Origin: Octopus sinensis
Lineage: Eukaryota
Reading direction: 5' to 3'
Length of the DNA: 64,000 nucleotides
Assembly (NCBI RefSeq): GCF_006345805.1
Contig: NC_043013.1
Span: 44,020,001 to 44,084,000 of the forward strand
Shown here: piece after piece, positions 23,817-37,619 of the stretch
Position numbering within the stretch: the stretch's first letter is position 1
Layout: each line of letters opens with the position of its first letter
Translations under genes and position numbers: made by a program
Notes under the pieces: model-generated
The model's database searches: none
What the model was told of the DNA's origin: nothing
Seen by the model: only the letters and a program-made list of their open reading frames with translations

Positions 23817-25210
23817 AGGTATTCCACCCATATCTCAGACTACACAGTCCAATGTGTCCTTTCTTGTTAAGATGGTAAGGTGTAATTTAAAAAGAGATTC
23901 CCCTACTATTTTTAGCAGGTTGAGCGACCATGTAGAACAGTGGTTTCTAACCATTTTTTTACCTTTGATACCTATTTTACTTAGATGGACCCTCATAGCC
24001 TTTGTAGCATTTAAACAATACAGATCAGATCTTTTCTGTTTTGCTGCCACTTTCCAGTTTCTTCAATTTGTGTTTCAATTGATTTCATATTTGGTGTATT
24101 GGTGTAGTTTTGTTTGGTAATCATTGACACAAAATTCATTTTCACCATAAATCAATAAATGAAAAGGTAACAGCTTTTAAAGTTTGCAAATTTTGGTTAA
24201 TTTTAGCCGATCAAAAGCCACAGACATATGGGTATATGTTTCCATAGTAACATGCCAAGTTGTTACCAAGCTGCCTACCCATATGGTCATTTGTCCATCA
24301 GTGGATACACCTAGCTGTGAAATAAAACTAATTCACATTTTTCTGCACTAAGCTTTGGTTCAGGTTAACTAAAACATTGTCAGGAAGATAGAAAGAAACC
24401 TTGGAAAGGCTTGTTGGAGAGATCATTCTTATTCTTGGGTGGTTGGTGCTGCCAGTTGATTGGTCTAACTAACATCACCATCAGAATTTTGAGAGCTGTA
24501 ACATAAGCATTTGAGCAGGATTCCACTCGGAGAATAACTTCATCTTAGAGGCCCTTTAAAAAGTTTCAATGGCACGGCTCATCCCACTTGCATCCACTTT
24601 TTGATGCTTGCATGGGTCAGACAAAATTTGTTGTGGGCAGATTTTATACAACCTGATGCTCTTCCTGTTGTTAATGCTCACCTATTGCCAAGCAAGGTAA
24701 TATTTTTCCCATGGCTAGACATACTTTCTAAGGAAATACTGGAAACAAACATCATTTGCATAATAGTCACATTATCAAACATTTCTTTCCTATTTTTAGA
24801 TAAAGAATATACACACACACACACACACATGCAGGGCTTCTGCACACTTTCTGTCTACAAAATTCTACTGACAAGGCATTGATTGATGAGGCTGAGCTCA
24901 TCCCAGGTTAGTGGTCCCAGAGACATCATCATTCCACTGAGCCATTAAAATAAAAGAAAGAAAATAATCACTAAGTTCCTTGCTTGAGTGTGAAGAGAAT
25001 GTTGAAATGAATGAACAATATCAACCTAGAATATCGTTGATTCAGTAATATTAGAGTAAGTGCTGGTAATTTCACTTGATAGGCAAAGTGGAGAAGGTTT
25101 ATTGCACTAGCATGGGTGTCTTGGTTATGAAGTCCACTTCACAACCATGTGCTCTGAGTTTGATCCTACAGCATGGTACTTTGGACAATTGTTATCTTCT
25201 GCTATAGTGT

Positions 25211-25449
25211 ATAGGTTCCCCAACTGGACGGGATACTGGTCCATCGCAGTTGAGCTGCAAGATGCAGGAGGAAAGAGTGAGAGAAAGTTGTGGCGAAAGA
25301 GTCAGCAGAGGATCCATTACCTTCTGCCAGAGCCACATGGAGCTTAGGTGTTTCGCTCATAAACACACACATCGGCCAGTCTGAGATTCGAACCCACAAT
25401 CCCTCAACTGCGAGTCCACTGCTCTAACCACTAGGCCATGTGCCTCCAC
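25211..25449 (-). mobile_element. tRNA-derived SINE family G (V-domain-like segment)
   Basis: Reverse complement of 57001-57305. Confidence 0.75.
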
Positions 25450-25511
25450 ATTAAAACAGGTAGGAAGCAGTTAATATTATAGTCCTAGATATATCACTTT
25501 CTGGAGTACCT

Positions 25512-25726
25512 ATTTCTTTACAACCCACAAGGGGCTAAACACAGAGGGGACAAACAAGGACAGACATAAGTATTAAGTCGATTATATCGACCCCAGTGCG
25601 TAAATGGTACTTATTTAATTGACCCCGAAAGGATGAAAGGCAAAGTTGACCTCGGCGGAATTTGAACTCAGAACGTAACGGCTATGCATTTCGCCCGGAG
25701 TGCTAACAGTTCTTCCAGCTCGCCAC
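25512..25726 (-). mobile_element. SINE family B with 15-bp TSD
   Basis: TSD CTTTCTGGAGTACCT at 25497-25511 and 25727-25741. Confidence 0.85.
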
Positions 25727-27375
25727 CTTTCTGGAGTACCTGTGACCATGAATCTGCTTGATCAGGGCCGACTTAAGACTAGTAAACAAAAACAAAAAAC
25801 AAAAATTCCAAAATATTATCCCATGGGGGTGGGAGCATCTGGCTTATAAAACAGATTGTAGCTGTAAGAGAAAGCATTGAACTCTTAGACTGAATAGGAA
25901 ATAAAGGACTCCTTCCCCTTATATCTCACTCTCTCTCGTTCCTTCTTCTCCCTCCTTCTCTTTCCAATTGAACTGGAAGGACATAGCTGTCCCATTTACT
26001 TGTTATAAATAAGGAGGACCTTGTTTTTCTGGACTCTGATATTCTGATATTTCACATTTATCACTGAAGACAATTGGAATAAACAAGAAAAGAAAGCATC
26101 TAAAATCTGGTCAGGGTACACAGGATGTAGGACACAGGGTAAGAGTATAAGCAGTTAGGGTGGGAGTAAGTTGGGTGGGTTGTATGGAAATTTATTCCCT
26201 ACATGAAGACACAAAGAACACTAGATGAAAGAAGGAAAAGAGAGTTAAAAACTGTTTTGCTCTCTTATTTTCATTGGATGTCCCTATTGTACTTAATTTC
26301 TTAATTTAAGAGACACAAACTCCCTAGATGTTCTTTAATTTCCCAAGTGACAGAGACACTAAAAAACAGTTGACTTACAAAAAAGATTAAGCAGTGAATT
26401 GTCTCTTTGATGTGACATCATTATTGTCTTAACATTATTCTTAGATATGTTTATAACTGTAAACTAAACACTCTCTTATATATTATAACTGTAAACTAAC
26501 CCCTTTAGTGTGTGTGTGTATGTGATTATAACTGTAAACTAAACCCTCACCTCTGAAAAAAAAAACAGAAAACAAATGATAGTTCCTCGGCTTGTCATAG
26601 AAAAGCAGGAGCGGACATAGGAGAAATGTGGAAGATATATGTCTGATAGAGTGAATATGTGTGTGTGTGTGTGTATGTGTGTGTGCTCGCACAAGCACAA
26701 GCATGTATATGGATTTTACTAGGGGATAGGTTTATAGCTATTTTTCTAGGCTAGTTTGGATAGGATTTTTTTCACCTACAAAGAAAAAAAAAATCCCTTT
26801 TTACAGATGATTGCACTTCCTACCATTAACTACTTAACCATCCAAACTGTGAAATAAGAGTGGAATGGCTGAGGTAAACACAGACATAACACTGTGTGTG
26901 TGTGAGAGCATGAGAGAATAGCTAAAAAGTTTGTCTGATAATCATAAGGACTTCGGTTCAATTTTACTGTGGAACATCTTGAGCAAGGTTCTTTTACCAT
27001 AATAGCCTCTGGCCAGCCCAAGCTTTGCAAATGAAATTGGATTGACAGAAACTGAGCGAAAACCAAGCAGATGGACTATGTCTGCTATTCAAAATGCCAG
27101 CTCTAATGTCCATATTTACCTGGGTCAGACAATTTCTTGAGGTAGATTTTCTACAGCTAGATGCCCTTCCTGTTCTAAGCAAGGCAATTATTTCCCCATA
27201 GCTAGACATGCTTTTGCACAGAATATTGGAAATGAACCTCACTTGATACTCATTTACAAACATCACATGATGCCCAGACAAGTTCACACACACACATGCA
27301 TAAATGTGAGTGTGTGCGTGGATATATATAAGTCAGTAAATGGTGGGGTTGTGTTAACCGCACATGGAGAAATGA

Positions 27376-27781
27376 TAGGAGAGGAAAAAATAATAAGGCA
27401 GAAAGCTAAACTGAAAGCAAATTTTAATAAAAATGGGTGTATGAAAAATTTTAAAAAGGGAAATCAAACTGCCTTTCATGGCAAGGCAAATTTTGAAGAC
27501 TTGGAAGGGGAAAAAATGATTTTTTTAAATTGAGGAAGGGAAAAATAATAATATTGTATATACATAATAAATTGTATATATTTATTAGTTTTTTGAGAAA
27601 AACACAAAAAAATTTTCCCCCTTCCTCAATTTAAAAAAAAATTTTTCCCCTTCCAAATCTTGAAAATTTGCCTAGAAATGAAAACTGGTTTGATTTCCCT
27701 TTCTTTAATTTTTCATACACCCATTTTTATTAAAATTTGCTTTCAGCTTAGCATTCTGCCTTATTAATTTTTTCTCTCCTA
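27376..27781. mobile_element. Fold-back element or MITE with ~170-bp imperfect inverted arms
   Basis: TAGGAGAG..AATAAGGCAGA..GAAAGCAAATTTTAATAAAAATGGGTGTATGAAAAATT..AAATTGAGGAAGGG is mirrored at ~27613-27781. Confidence 0.75.
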
Positions 27782-27782
27782 T

Positions 27783-27815
<33 letters not shown>

Positions 27816-27961
27816 GATGGGCTTCTTTCAGTTTTAGTATTGAACCCAAAACCATGTGGTTGGGAAGCAAGCTTCTTAACTACACATGCTATGTCTGGAC
27901 ATTAGTCTCATTGTGATGTTAAGAACTCTGGTTTGACCACAGATATTTTGACAACTTAGAA

Positions 27962-28154
27962 CTGGTGTCTCCAAAGGGATCAATATTGACCACCCCCGGG
28001 GGGGGGGTTCGAAAGGACTATTCAAGGAATCAATAAGTGCACAACTACTTTATTATTATTATTAATTAATTTTCTTGTACATGCCTGGGGGTCAATGAGG
28101 GGTCAAGGATTCCATGAAGGAGGGTTGATAGTCTAAAATGTTTGGGGACCCCTG
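27962..28154. mobile_element. hAT MITE
   Basis: Ends CTGGTGTCTCCAAA and TTTGGGGACCCCTG; perfect 8-bp TSD ACTTAGAA. Confidence 0.8.
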
Positions 28155-28895
28155 ACTTAGAATAAGGATTAAAGTGAATAGTTTCTTAATACTCAACAGA
28201 GAGTGCTTGTCTCCTATTTCCAAAATTGGAGAGAAAGTAGCATAGAACTACTTACAGAAAATGCAAACAAGTTTCTGAGTAAAACAACTCATTTATTTAA
28301 TGGTACAAACGAATATCAGACAACTATTTCAGAGGATAATTAATACCTTAGATCTTATCACAAGCAGTTCATTATATCTGTATCTAAGTCATTTAACTTT
28401 CAAATAGTCCACTGAAGCCTACTAGGAAGTTTCTACATAGTCAGTAAGCATGCTGGAAATAGCAGCTAAATTACTATCAGATCACTCTATTGTGTTTAAA
28501 ATGAAAAGATGTGTTGGATAATGTAGTCTAAGACTCAGTAAACCTGCAAAATGAAAATGAGATGGTTACATCACAACTTTGATCACAGGGCTGCTGGCTC
28601 AGGGCAGACAAGAAGCAAAACAAAACCAGTACCAGTTGATCTGCTAGAAATAACAATCAAATCTCACTCGACTCACTTGACAGTAAAACTGTAAGGACAT
28701 ATTGAATGATATATTCCTAGATTTGTTATGGTTTATAAAGGATGGGGTACTTGCATCTGAAATATCTTTGATCATAAATCTGTTGAGTGAGGGCTGGCCT
28801 GGGGACTGACCAACAGTTAGCAAACAAACAACTACTGCTTGTCAAAGAGTTTCAGTGTAGTATTCAGCCAGACAGTGATATGGTGTATGTGAAAA

Positions 28896-29196
28896 CTGTG
28901 CTTTTCAATTGGGGTCCATGCAAGCAAAATAGTAAATTGGGGATCTACCGTAGTATTTTAAGGATCCATGAAAAGATTTTGCTTTCAATGTATTTATTGC
29001 AAGAAACAGCTAGGTTCCTTTCTCAACGTGTTACATAGTTCATCTTACACAAATTATTGTATGAGAAACAAAACGGGCATTTTGAAAGGGGCATCTGTAA
29101 AACCTAATTTTTGCACACATCGAATGACTATAGGGAGAGGGGGAATAGAATAGTAACCAAAGGAGTTCATAGGCAGAAACTGGCTGGGAACCTCTG
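28896..29196. mobile_element. hAT MITE, diverged
   Basis: Ends CTGTGCTTTTCAA and GGCTGGGAACCTCTG; TSD TGTGAAAA / TGTGAAAG (7 of 8 match). Confidence 0.6.
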
Positions 29197-29399
29197 TGTG
29201 AAAGGCTCAGTATATTCAAGCGTATACTTATGCTCTATATAGGTTTGTTTAAACGGGGCTGTTTGGGGCTACACTACAAAAAAAAGGAAATGAAATTGGA
29301 CTGTACTTGTTGTAGACAGGATTTATCGGCAGCTTATACTGTCATGCAATTTTCAAACAAAAATTCATGCTTAGAGCCTCTTTCCTTCCAGTCAGAATA

Positions 29400-29628
29400 T
29401 TAACCCTTTTGTTACAAACCCGGCTGAAACCGGCTCTGGCTCTGTAGTACAAATGTCTTGTTTTCAAAAGCTTTGAATTAAAATCTTCCACCAAACCTTA
29501 GTCAAAATTAATGTTCCTAACACTAGCTGAATGATAACTAAGTTATTTTACTAAATTCTTTGTTATATTTAAAATAACTGAAAGAAACACAAAGCATCTC
29601 AAAATAAATTCAATAACGAAAGGGTTAA
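29400..29628. mobile_element. piggyBac-like MITE family 1
   Basis: TTAA|CCC ... GGG|TTAA, family body. Confidence 0.8.
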
Positions 29629-29849
29629 ATGAGGTCGTGGCAAAAGCAGATATTATTTGATATCAGATGATATGGTAAGTATGGGGCTGTGGTGGAGAGT
29701 GTAGTTATTATTTGAATTATAGCTCTATTAAGTGATGAGGTATGTAGTGGAATAAACACTAGTTATCTCACCAGTTGTGATAAAATATTTTGATATTTAG
29801 TACCTTCTGCCATGAATGTAATATACATTAACTCAACTCTATTGGTCAT

Positions 29850-30198
29850 AAATGGTCGTGGGTGCACCTAAGAGGCTCCCCTCTTGGGTACAAGTCTAGG
29901 AGGAAAGTCGCCTCATCAGCAAACGCACAACCTAGGGTTGTTTTTATGAAAAACCAGTAGTCGCCCATGCATACCAGCCTCCCCTCTCCACACCACCGAT
30001 GTTATCCAAAGGAAAGGCAAAGGGGCCGATACAGCTTGGCACCGGCGACATCGCAGCTCATTTCTACAGCTGAGTGAACTGGAGCAACATGAAATAAAGT
30101 GTCTTGCTCAAGAACACAACACGCAGCTCAGTCTGGGAATCGAACTCACAACCTCACAATTGTAAACTTGATGCTCTAACCAGAGTTAAGCACCTTCA

Positions 30199-30200
<2 letters not shown>
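29850..30200 (-). mobile_element. tRNA-derived SINE family H
   Basis: Minus strand has GTGAGTTCGATTCCC (B-box) and CTTGAGCAAGACACTTTATTTCATGTTGCTCCAGTTCACTCAGCTG; relatives at 1-130, 34395-34620 and 52970-53175. Confidence 0.7.
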
Positions 30201-30242
<42 letters not shown>

Positions 30243-31092
30243 TATAATATATATACAGAGATATATAAGACATGTAAAGGCACGTAAAAGCACCCACTAC
30301 ACTCTTGGAGTGGTTGGCGTTAGGAAGGGCATCCAGCTGTAGAAACTCTGCCAGATCAGACTGGAGCCTGGTGCAGCCATCTGGTTCGCCAGCCCACAGT
30401 CAAACCGTCCAACCCATGCTAGCATGGAAAGCAGATGTTAAACGATTATGATGATGATGATAAAATATATATAGATCTTTGTGCTTCTGTGAATGTGTAT
30501 GTGTGTGTGGCTATATACTTTAGTCACAGATATGATTGTATGGTTAAGAAGTTTGCTTATCAACCACATGGTTCTCGGTTCAGTCCCATGCATGGCACCT
30601 TGAGCAAGTGTCTTCTACTTTGACTGTGACACAACCAAAGCCTTGTGAATTGATTTGGTAGACAGAAACTCTGTGTGTGTGCATGCACCTGTGCGTTATT
30701 GTCTCCTTGCCTTGACATTGCTTGGTGTCTGGTCATGGAGGAATATTACTTTGCCTGGAAACAACTGAGGGTTGGTGGCAGGAAAGGAATCTGGCTTTTT
30801 TAGCCACCTCAGCAAAATTCTGTCCAAACCATGTGAGTGTGGAAAAGTGGACATTAAAATGATGATAATGTGTGTGTGTGTGTGTTTATTTGTCTTGACA
30901 TCTTTTCCTATATTCTACAAAGACCTGTCTGGATGTGTAGAAAATACCTGGAGCAAATGAAGGTTGGCAACAGGTAAAAGTATCCAACCACAGAAAATTG
31001 CACTCGGTAAATTCTGTCTGACCCATGCAAGCCTGGAAAAGTGGACATTAAAATGATGATGTATGCATGTGTGTGTGTGTGTGTGTGTGAGT

Positions 31093-31123
<31 letters not shown>

Positions 31124-32089
31124 GTAAAGGAATGTTTTAGTAAGTCTGTATCTGGTTGATAGTAATTTAGTAGCAAACACAGGTGGGTTTAATTGCAAAG
31201 GAGGGGTGATGATAATAAGAGTTGATGGTGATTGTGTTGGTAAGTAGTAATAACAACAGCAACAAAATAGTTTTTGTTGCTTAGTCCCAGGTTAACCATG
31301 ACATGGCAGATCTGTGATCAAAGGCATTCCAGTTGTGATTGATCATGCATTCATTTCTTTAGATGTAATGTATCTGAGATTACTTTACCCAGATTCCTAT
31401 CTTTTTCTTTTAAACTGTAGGGTTACATTTAACTGTTATTTCTAGCATATCGAGTGACCATGTAGTGATACACCCTGGTGTTGCTGTTTAGCCCCAAGTC
31501 AGCTCTGATCCAACACATCCACAACCAAAGACCTTCCAGACATGAGTAACTAGTTTGTTTTTTTTTCCATCATTTTTTTTTGTATAAAAGTGCCCTTTTT
31601 TTTTTTTAAAGGAAAACCAGTTTTTCAATATCTTAGCAATTACGACCAAAGCCATGCTGGACTACTGCCTTCAATAGAGTGTGATTTGAGAGAGATTTAA
31701 CTGCTATATTGAGCACAGGCTTGTTCCTGATCAGTGTTGTTTATCTTCAGACTGATTGCAGCTTGAATGCCATTGAGTGAGTGAACTATTTCAGCTGTGA
31801 TGATCCCACCTTTTCAAAGTTATATAAGGCTACATTACCCTGTTCTTTATTATACCAATAATAAACACACACACTGATTCTATCAACTTCTTTTATTATT
31901 GTTAGTTAACTAATTGACCATTTAACCAATCAACAAATCAGTTGAAAGATTAAGATAAGCGATTAATAAAACAATTGATGAGTAATAGTAAAAGAAATGA
32001 AACAGAACCATTGTGTATCTTTATTGTTGGTGTAATGACATTCTCAAGATAACAACAAATCTGTTTCAACACACAAGTTCACATCAAGA

Positions 32090-32488
32090 AACTTTCAAAC
32101 CAAATACAAAAATGAAAGTACACCAACATCAAAAATCAATGGAAATTGTAGTTGTGATCCCTGTGCCAGTGGCACGTAAAAAGTACCATCCGAACATGGC
32201 CGATGCCAGTGCCGCCTTGACTGGCTTCCGTGCCAGTGGCACGTAAAAATCACCAATCCGATCGTGGCCGTTGCCAGCCTCACCTGGCACCTGTACCGGT
32301 GGCATGTAAAAAGCACCCACTACACTTACGGAGTGGTTGGCGTTAGGAAGGGCATCCAGCTGTAGAAATACTGCCAGATCAGACTGGAGCCTGGTGCAGC
32401 CTTCTGGCTTCCCAGATCCCGGTTGAACTGTCCAACCCATGCTAGCATGGAGAACGGACGTTAAACGATGATGATGATGATGATGATG
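32090..32488 (+). mobile_element. Non-autonomous retroelement family C with RTE-type (GAT)n tail
   Basis: GTAAAAAGCACCCACTACAC..GGCGTTAGGAAGGGCATCCAGCTGTAGAAA..CCAACCCATGCTAGCATGGAGAACGGACGTTAAACGATGATGAT; further copies at 9880, 10840, 14660, 16895, 30280, 37800, 49790, 56575, 58340 and 62680. Confidence 0.75.
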
Positions 32489-33057
32489 AAATGGTTGCTA
32501 TTTCGAATAGGTCAAACAACCATACTGAGGCTCCCTCATTGACCCATCTTCAAGGTGATGGGTGGAGGATTGTTTCAATGGTGGGTAGTAGTGTAGCCAC
32601 TAGTGTCTAGTTTACTTTCCCTCATTGGTAGTTATTATTCTTTGTTTCAACTACACAGCAAAAAATGCGCACTAAACTCTAGAAATATCTTTGATCTACC
32701 CTCCCCCCCATTCCTTTTACACCCAATTTAATTTCCACCCTGAACCCCACCCCTACATTTTACTGTGTCCCATGTCCCTACTGAGCAGCAAAATGCTAGT
32801 AATATTTGCTGCAATAAAATAAATTCTGGAGATTAGTAATGATGTTATTTCCATTATCTTAACCCCCCCACACCGGAAAAAAACGAAAAGAAAATAAGTT
32901 ATCTTGATTTATATATTTATTTGTCCTCTTTTTATCTATTTGTTCATTTTATCCTATTCGGCGGGGGGGGGGTATTATTTCATAGAATAAAACTGCTGAG
33001 AAATGCATGTTATGTAAGTTATGCATGTCTATAGGAATGTGTGTATGTGTGTGTATA

Positions 33058-33093
<36 letters not shown>

Positions 33094-33682
33094 TGTATAC
33101 ACACACACACACACACGTTGTGTGTAGTATTGTGGCATGGGGACAATGTCTTCATTCATTAATAAAATAAATGAGAATGTGTGTGTGTGTTAGCTCTGTA
33201 ATCAACTAACTCAAACTACAGTAGAATTCCATCGCAGGTTGACACCTGGACTCTTATTCGTTATTGTACTACAGTAAATTGATTGAGACAGCTGACACCT
33301 CTTGCTTGTAATATCTTCTTCACATTCTGGCATAAAACAAAAACAAAAAAAAATTAAAAAACAACATGCCAGTCAAAACATAAAACATTTCCTGTCTGTG
33401 GAACCTAATTTTCAATTAGATGATAACCCAGAAGGAATTAATAGATGCTATTACCAAGAGTTGTGGCAGAATTTGAATTTTAAGAAAAATGCCATTGGTA
33501 ACACAACAATGCTGTTAGCAACAGTATTTTCTGACTGTAGTACAACTGTTCTACCATTTTCTTTTCAGGCATCTGTATTTAGGGTTGCATTATCAAATGT
33601 ACCTTTATTTTTCAAGGTCATAAATTTTGTGGGAACAATTCCCTCCAAGGTCAACTTCATATTTCATACTTTTGGGGGTTGA

Positions 33683-33909
33683 TTAACCCATTAGCGTTCA
33701 GATTATTCCATCAAACATAATGCTTATTGATTCCCATTGATTTGAATTAATCATGCATTATCTCATATCTTCAAGATGTTGATGGTGTAATTACTTAATG
33801 TCGAATAACATTGTAGGGTAGGTGTGAGGGCCTGGATCTGGTCAGTTTGAACATAAAACAGATTAACTATTTTGGCCGGATATGGCCAGTTTAAATACTA
33901 AAGGGTTAA
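33683..33909. mobile_element. piggyBac-like MITE family 2
   Basis: TTAA|CCCATTAG ... CTAAAGGG|TTAA. Confidence 0.75.
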
Positions 33910-35423
33910 GGTACCAATCAAGCACTGAGATGAATGGTACTGACTCCCCCCTTTCAAATTACTGGCCTTTTACCAATATTAAAAAGTATTATTATTAAAA
34001 GACTGCAGGGTTGACCATCTTGCAGTATTTCTTCTGGCTCTTCACATTCTGAGTTGAAATCCTGCCAAGGATATCTTTATTCTCTCTGAGTACAAGTCAT
34101 TGAGTATTAGGAGTGATTTAATCAGCTAACCGTTCCTTCAAATTGCAGGCCCAGTGCTTATGTTAAAATCAATTATCATCAAAGACAGGAAAAAAGGGAA
34201 GCAGTGGTCTGAAGGTGTTAGCTTTCAGTCCACTGACTTCAAATTGTGTTGGAATTAATAAAATATATACCAGTAAGTATAAGATGATAGCATTCAAAAC
34301 ATTTATTAAATGCTATGTAGTGTTTACTATGAAATATTTAATGTTGCTCTTATGAATTCTGGGATCAAATTCAGCTCCTACATCAATAAAATAGTGGCGG
34401 TTCATGGCTTAGTAGTTAGTGTGTCAGACTCATAATTGTAAGATTGTGGTTTTGACTCCAGGACCGGGTTATGAGTTGTTGTTCTTGAGCAAAACATGTC
34501 ATTTCACATTGCTCCAGTCCATTCAGCTGGTGAAAATGAGTAATCCTGTGATGGACAAGTGTTCCATCCAGGGAGGAATATATTCGCCAGAGAAACCAGG
34601 AAACTGACCCTATGCTCCTTACAGAGTAATGTGGACTGTCGGTAAAATAAGTATCAGATTGATTCACTGAGCTATATCTCTTTTTCATAAGTTCTGGCCA
34701 CGTGTCATCATCATCATCACTTTCCATGGTGGCATGGGTTTGATGGTTTGACTAGAGCTGGCAAGCTGCGCCAGGTTCCACTTTGATTTGGTTGGGTTTC
34801 TATGGTTGGATGCTCTTCCTAATGCTAACCACTTTATCATGTGTATTGAGTGCTTTTAACATGCCACCAGCACAAGTGCTTCTACAAGGTTCTAGCACAA
34901 GTGCCTAATACACGCCACTGGCACAAGAGTTTTTAATGTGACACTGACACGGGGACCCTTGCAAGGGATGCCGTGGAGGATGGGTCTTCTTGAGTAACAC
35001 TTCTGTTGTGGAGGATGAGTGTTCTTGACATGCGCCCTTCACTGGACGCATGTCAGTCTAAGAAATAATTACTTGCTCTCATTTAAAGTTTGTTTGATTT
35101 TTATGTGATGGATGGAGTAGCTTCCTTTCAAGATAATTGTTTCAAATGACACAGTACCCAGACATCTGACATAGACACATTCATACACACACACACACAC
35201 CACACACACACACACACTTGAATTTACTATTCAGTGAGTGAATGAATGTCACAAATGGGAAAAATGCAAACAAGCAAAAAAAAAAATGTGAGAATAAAAG
35301 CTAGAGAGGTGTTTTGAGTGGGTAACAAACAAACTTTGCCCCACCCTCTAAAACAAACTTAACCCTTGCTTGATATTGCCAATATATTGAAGTGGTTAAC
35401 ATACCTAAGTAAACATAATCTTC

Positions 35424-36260
35424 TTGCCACCGCATTTTATCACACACACACTCTGTCATATCAAACACACACATTCTGTCATATCAAACACACACACACA
35501 CACGCTGTCATATGAAAAGTTATCATACACAAGCAAGTACACATGTCATATGATCCCACAAATACACAGTCACACATACACATGCACGCATGCTGCCTCT
35601 CTCCCTCACACGCACACACACACACGCACACAGGTCCATACCAGTATTTGTCACACAACACAGCCACAGTTCCTCGTGCACATGCAAACACTTGTTATAC
35701 AAACAAGTATACATAGACACCAATATTATCACACATGCATACACACACAGATAAACACTCTTCACACCCCAACATACAGCATGCACACACACACTCTCTC
35801 TTGCTTTCTCTCTCTCTCTCTCTCTCTCACTTTCACTCTCGCTCAAACACAGACACATGCACAAGCAAACACACTTGCCCTACAATATTGCACATTTACA
35901 AACACACTATCATATACAAGTCCACTGTTTCACTTAACACACCTTCATTCAAATTCTCTTTCACCCATAGACTTTTCACACACACACACACACAACACAC
36001 ACACATGCACACACACACACACACACACTCATACACATGCGCACGCGCACTCACACACACACTCACACACACACACACGCACACACACACACACACACCA
36101 CACACACACACACTGTCATTCTATCACTGCATGCTCAAAAAAAGCACACTGACAGGAACTTACTACTACTACTCTTTCTTTCTCTCTCTCTCTCACACAC
36201 ACATACACAGATACAGATACACACACACACACTCACACACACATTCCTCCATCCTGCCAA
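35424..36260. repeat. Degenerate (CA)n/(CT)n-rich tract
   Basis: Long interrupted CA runs; this explains the His/Thr-rich and Cys/Val-rich pseudo-ORFs. Confidence 0.9.
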
Positions 36261-36719
36261 GTACCAACCTATCACCTTTCCACACCTCACACAGCAGAGA
36301 TAATCCTTCTCCTCCCCACCCTCCCCACTTTGGTTTTATCAACATGTCAGGTGTAAGAGGATTAGCAAACATCTTATCTCCATCACCACCATCACCAAAG
36401 AAATAGAAAAAAAAAAAGAAAAGAAACTGGTCATAGATGGGTCTCCACTTCCCCTTCTTCCTTTCAACTCTGGTGGTGGTGGGAATACCTAAAAAAAAAG
36501 ATAAAAAAAAGGGCCAGTGTAAGGGCACAGTGGCCTATTGTGTTTGGGAAAGACCCTTCTATATGAAGTGCTGGTAGTGAGAGAATAAACAATATAAAAT
36601 CTTTATTTGCTCATTCCCACTGCAAATTGTTAAGTGGGAGGTGGGAGTTGAGGGCTCTTTCTGTGTTTCCTTTGTAGTTGTGTGTGCATGTGTGAGTGTG
36701 TGTGTATTCTTTTCTTTCT

Positions 36720-37009
36720 TTCTTTTATACTTGTTTCAGTCATTTGACTGCGGCCATGTTGGAGCACCACCTTTAGTCAAGCAAATCGACCCTAGGGAGA
36801 CAAACACAAACACACACATATATATATGTATATATATATACATATATACGACAGGCTTCTTTCAGTTTCCGTCTACCAAATCCACTCACAAGGCATTGGT
36901 CGGCCCGGGGCTATAGCAGAAGACACTTGCCCAAGATGCCATGCAGTAGGACTGAACCCGGAACCACGTGGTTGGTTAGCAAGCTACTTACCACACAGCC
37001 ACTCCTGCG

Positions 37010-37011
<2 letters not shown>
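36720..37011 (-). mobile_element. SINE family A with internal deletion
   Basis: Jumps from GACCC directly to GGGAGACAAACAC, missing ~100 bp. Confidence 0.8.
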
Positions 37012-37088
<77 letters not shown>

Positions 37089-37578
37089 TATACAGAAAGT
37101 GAAAGAGAGAGAGAGAGAGAGACACACACACACACACAAATATTTTAATATTTGCACTTACAGATGGCTGTTTCCAAGTATATTTAGATGATTGACTGTA
37201 GGCATGTTTTACATATGGTGTTGAAATACATCAAATACTCATTAGCATAGATTCTTAAATTTGCACTCATATTCGCATGCAATTATGTACACCTGCACTC
37301 AAAAGACATACACACATGCACTTTTACATGTTCAGATATTTATTGAAACTTTTAAGGACCCACTTGTTTAGATATGCAAAAATCAGTTGCATACAATGCG
37401 TGTGTGTATGTGGTGTGTGTGTGTGTGTGTGTGTGTGTGTGCATCCAGTATATTCTGTAAAGTAGTTGGTGTTAGGAAGGGCATTCACCTGTAGAAACCA
37501 TACCAAAATCAAAACAGACACTGGAACTTGACACAGTCATCTAGCTCATTTGATCCTGTCAAATCGTCCAACTCATGC

Positions 37579-37619
<41 letters not shown>

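Noticed and set aside
26451-26542. CRISPR-like array
   Set aside because: Only three short repeats with unequal low-complexity spacers, eukaryotic context and no cas genes; kept only as a curiosity
33200-33326. Minus-strand acceptor in phase with the 47-kb exon (ECEEDITSKR..)
   Set aside because: No convincing donor occurs before the in-frame stop
36400-36490. Minus-strand acceptor followed by VFPPPPELKGRRGSGDPS
   Set aside because: It runs into a poly-T tract with no donor
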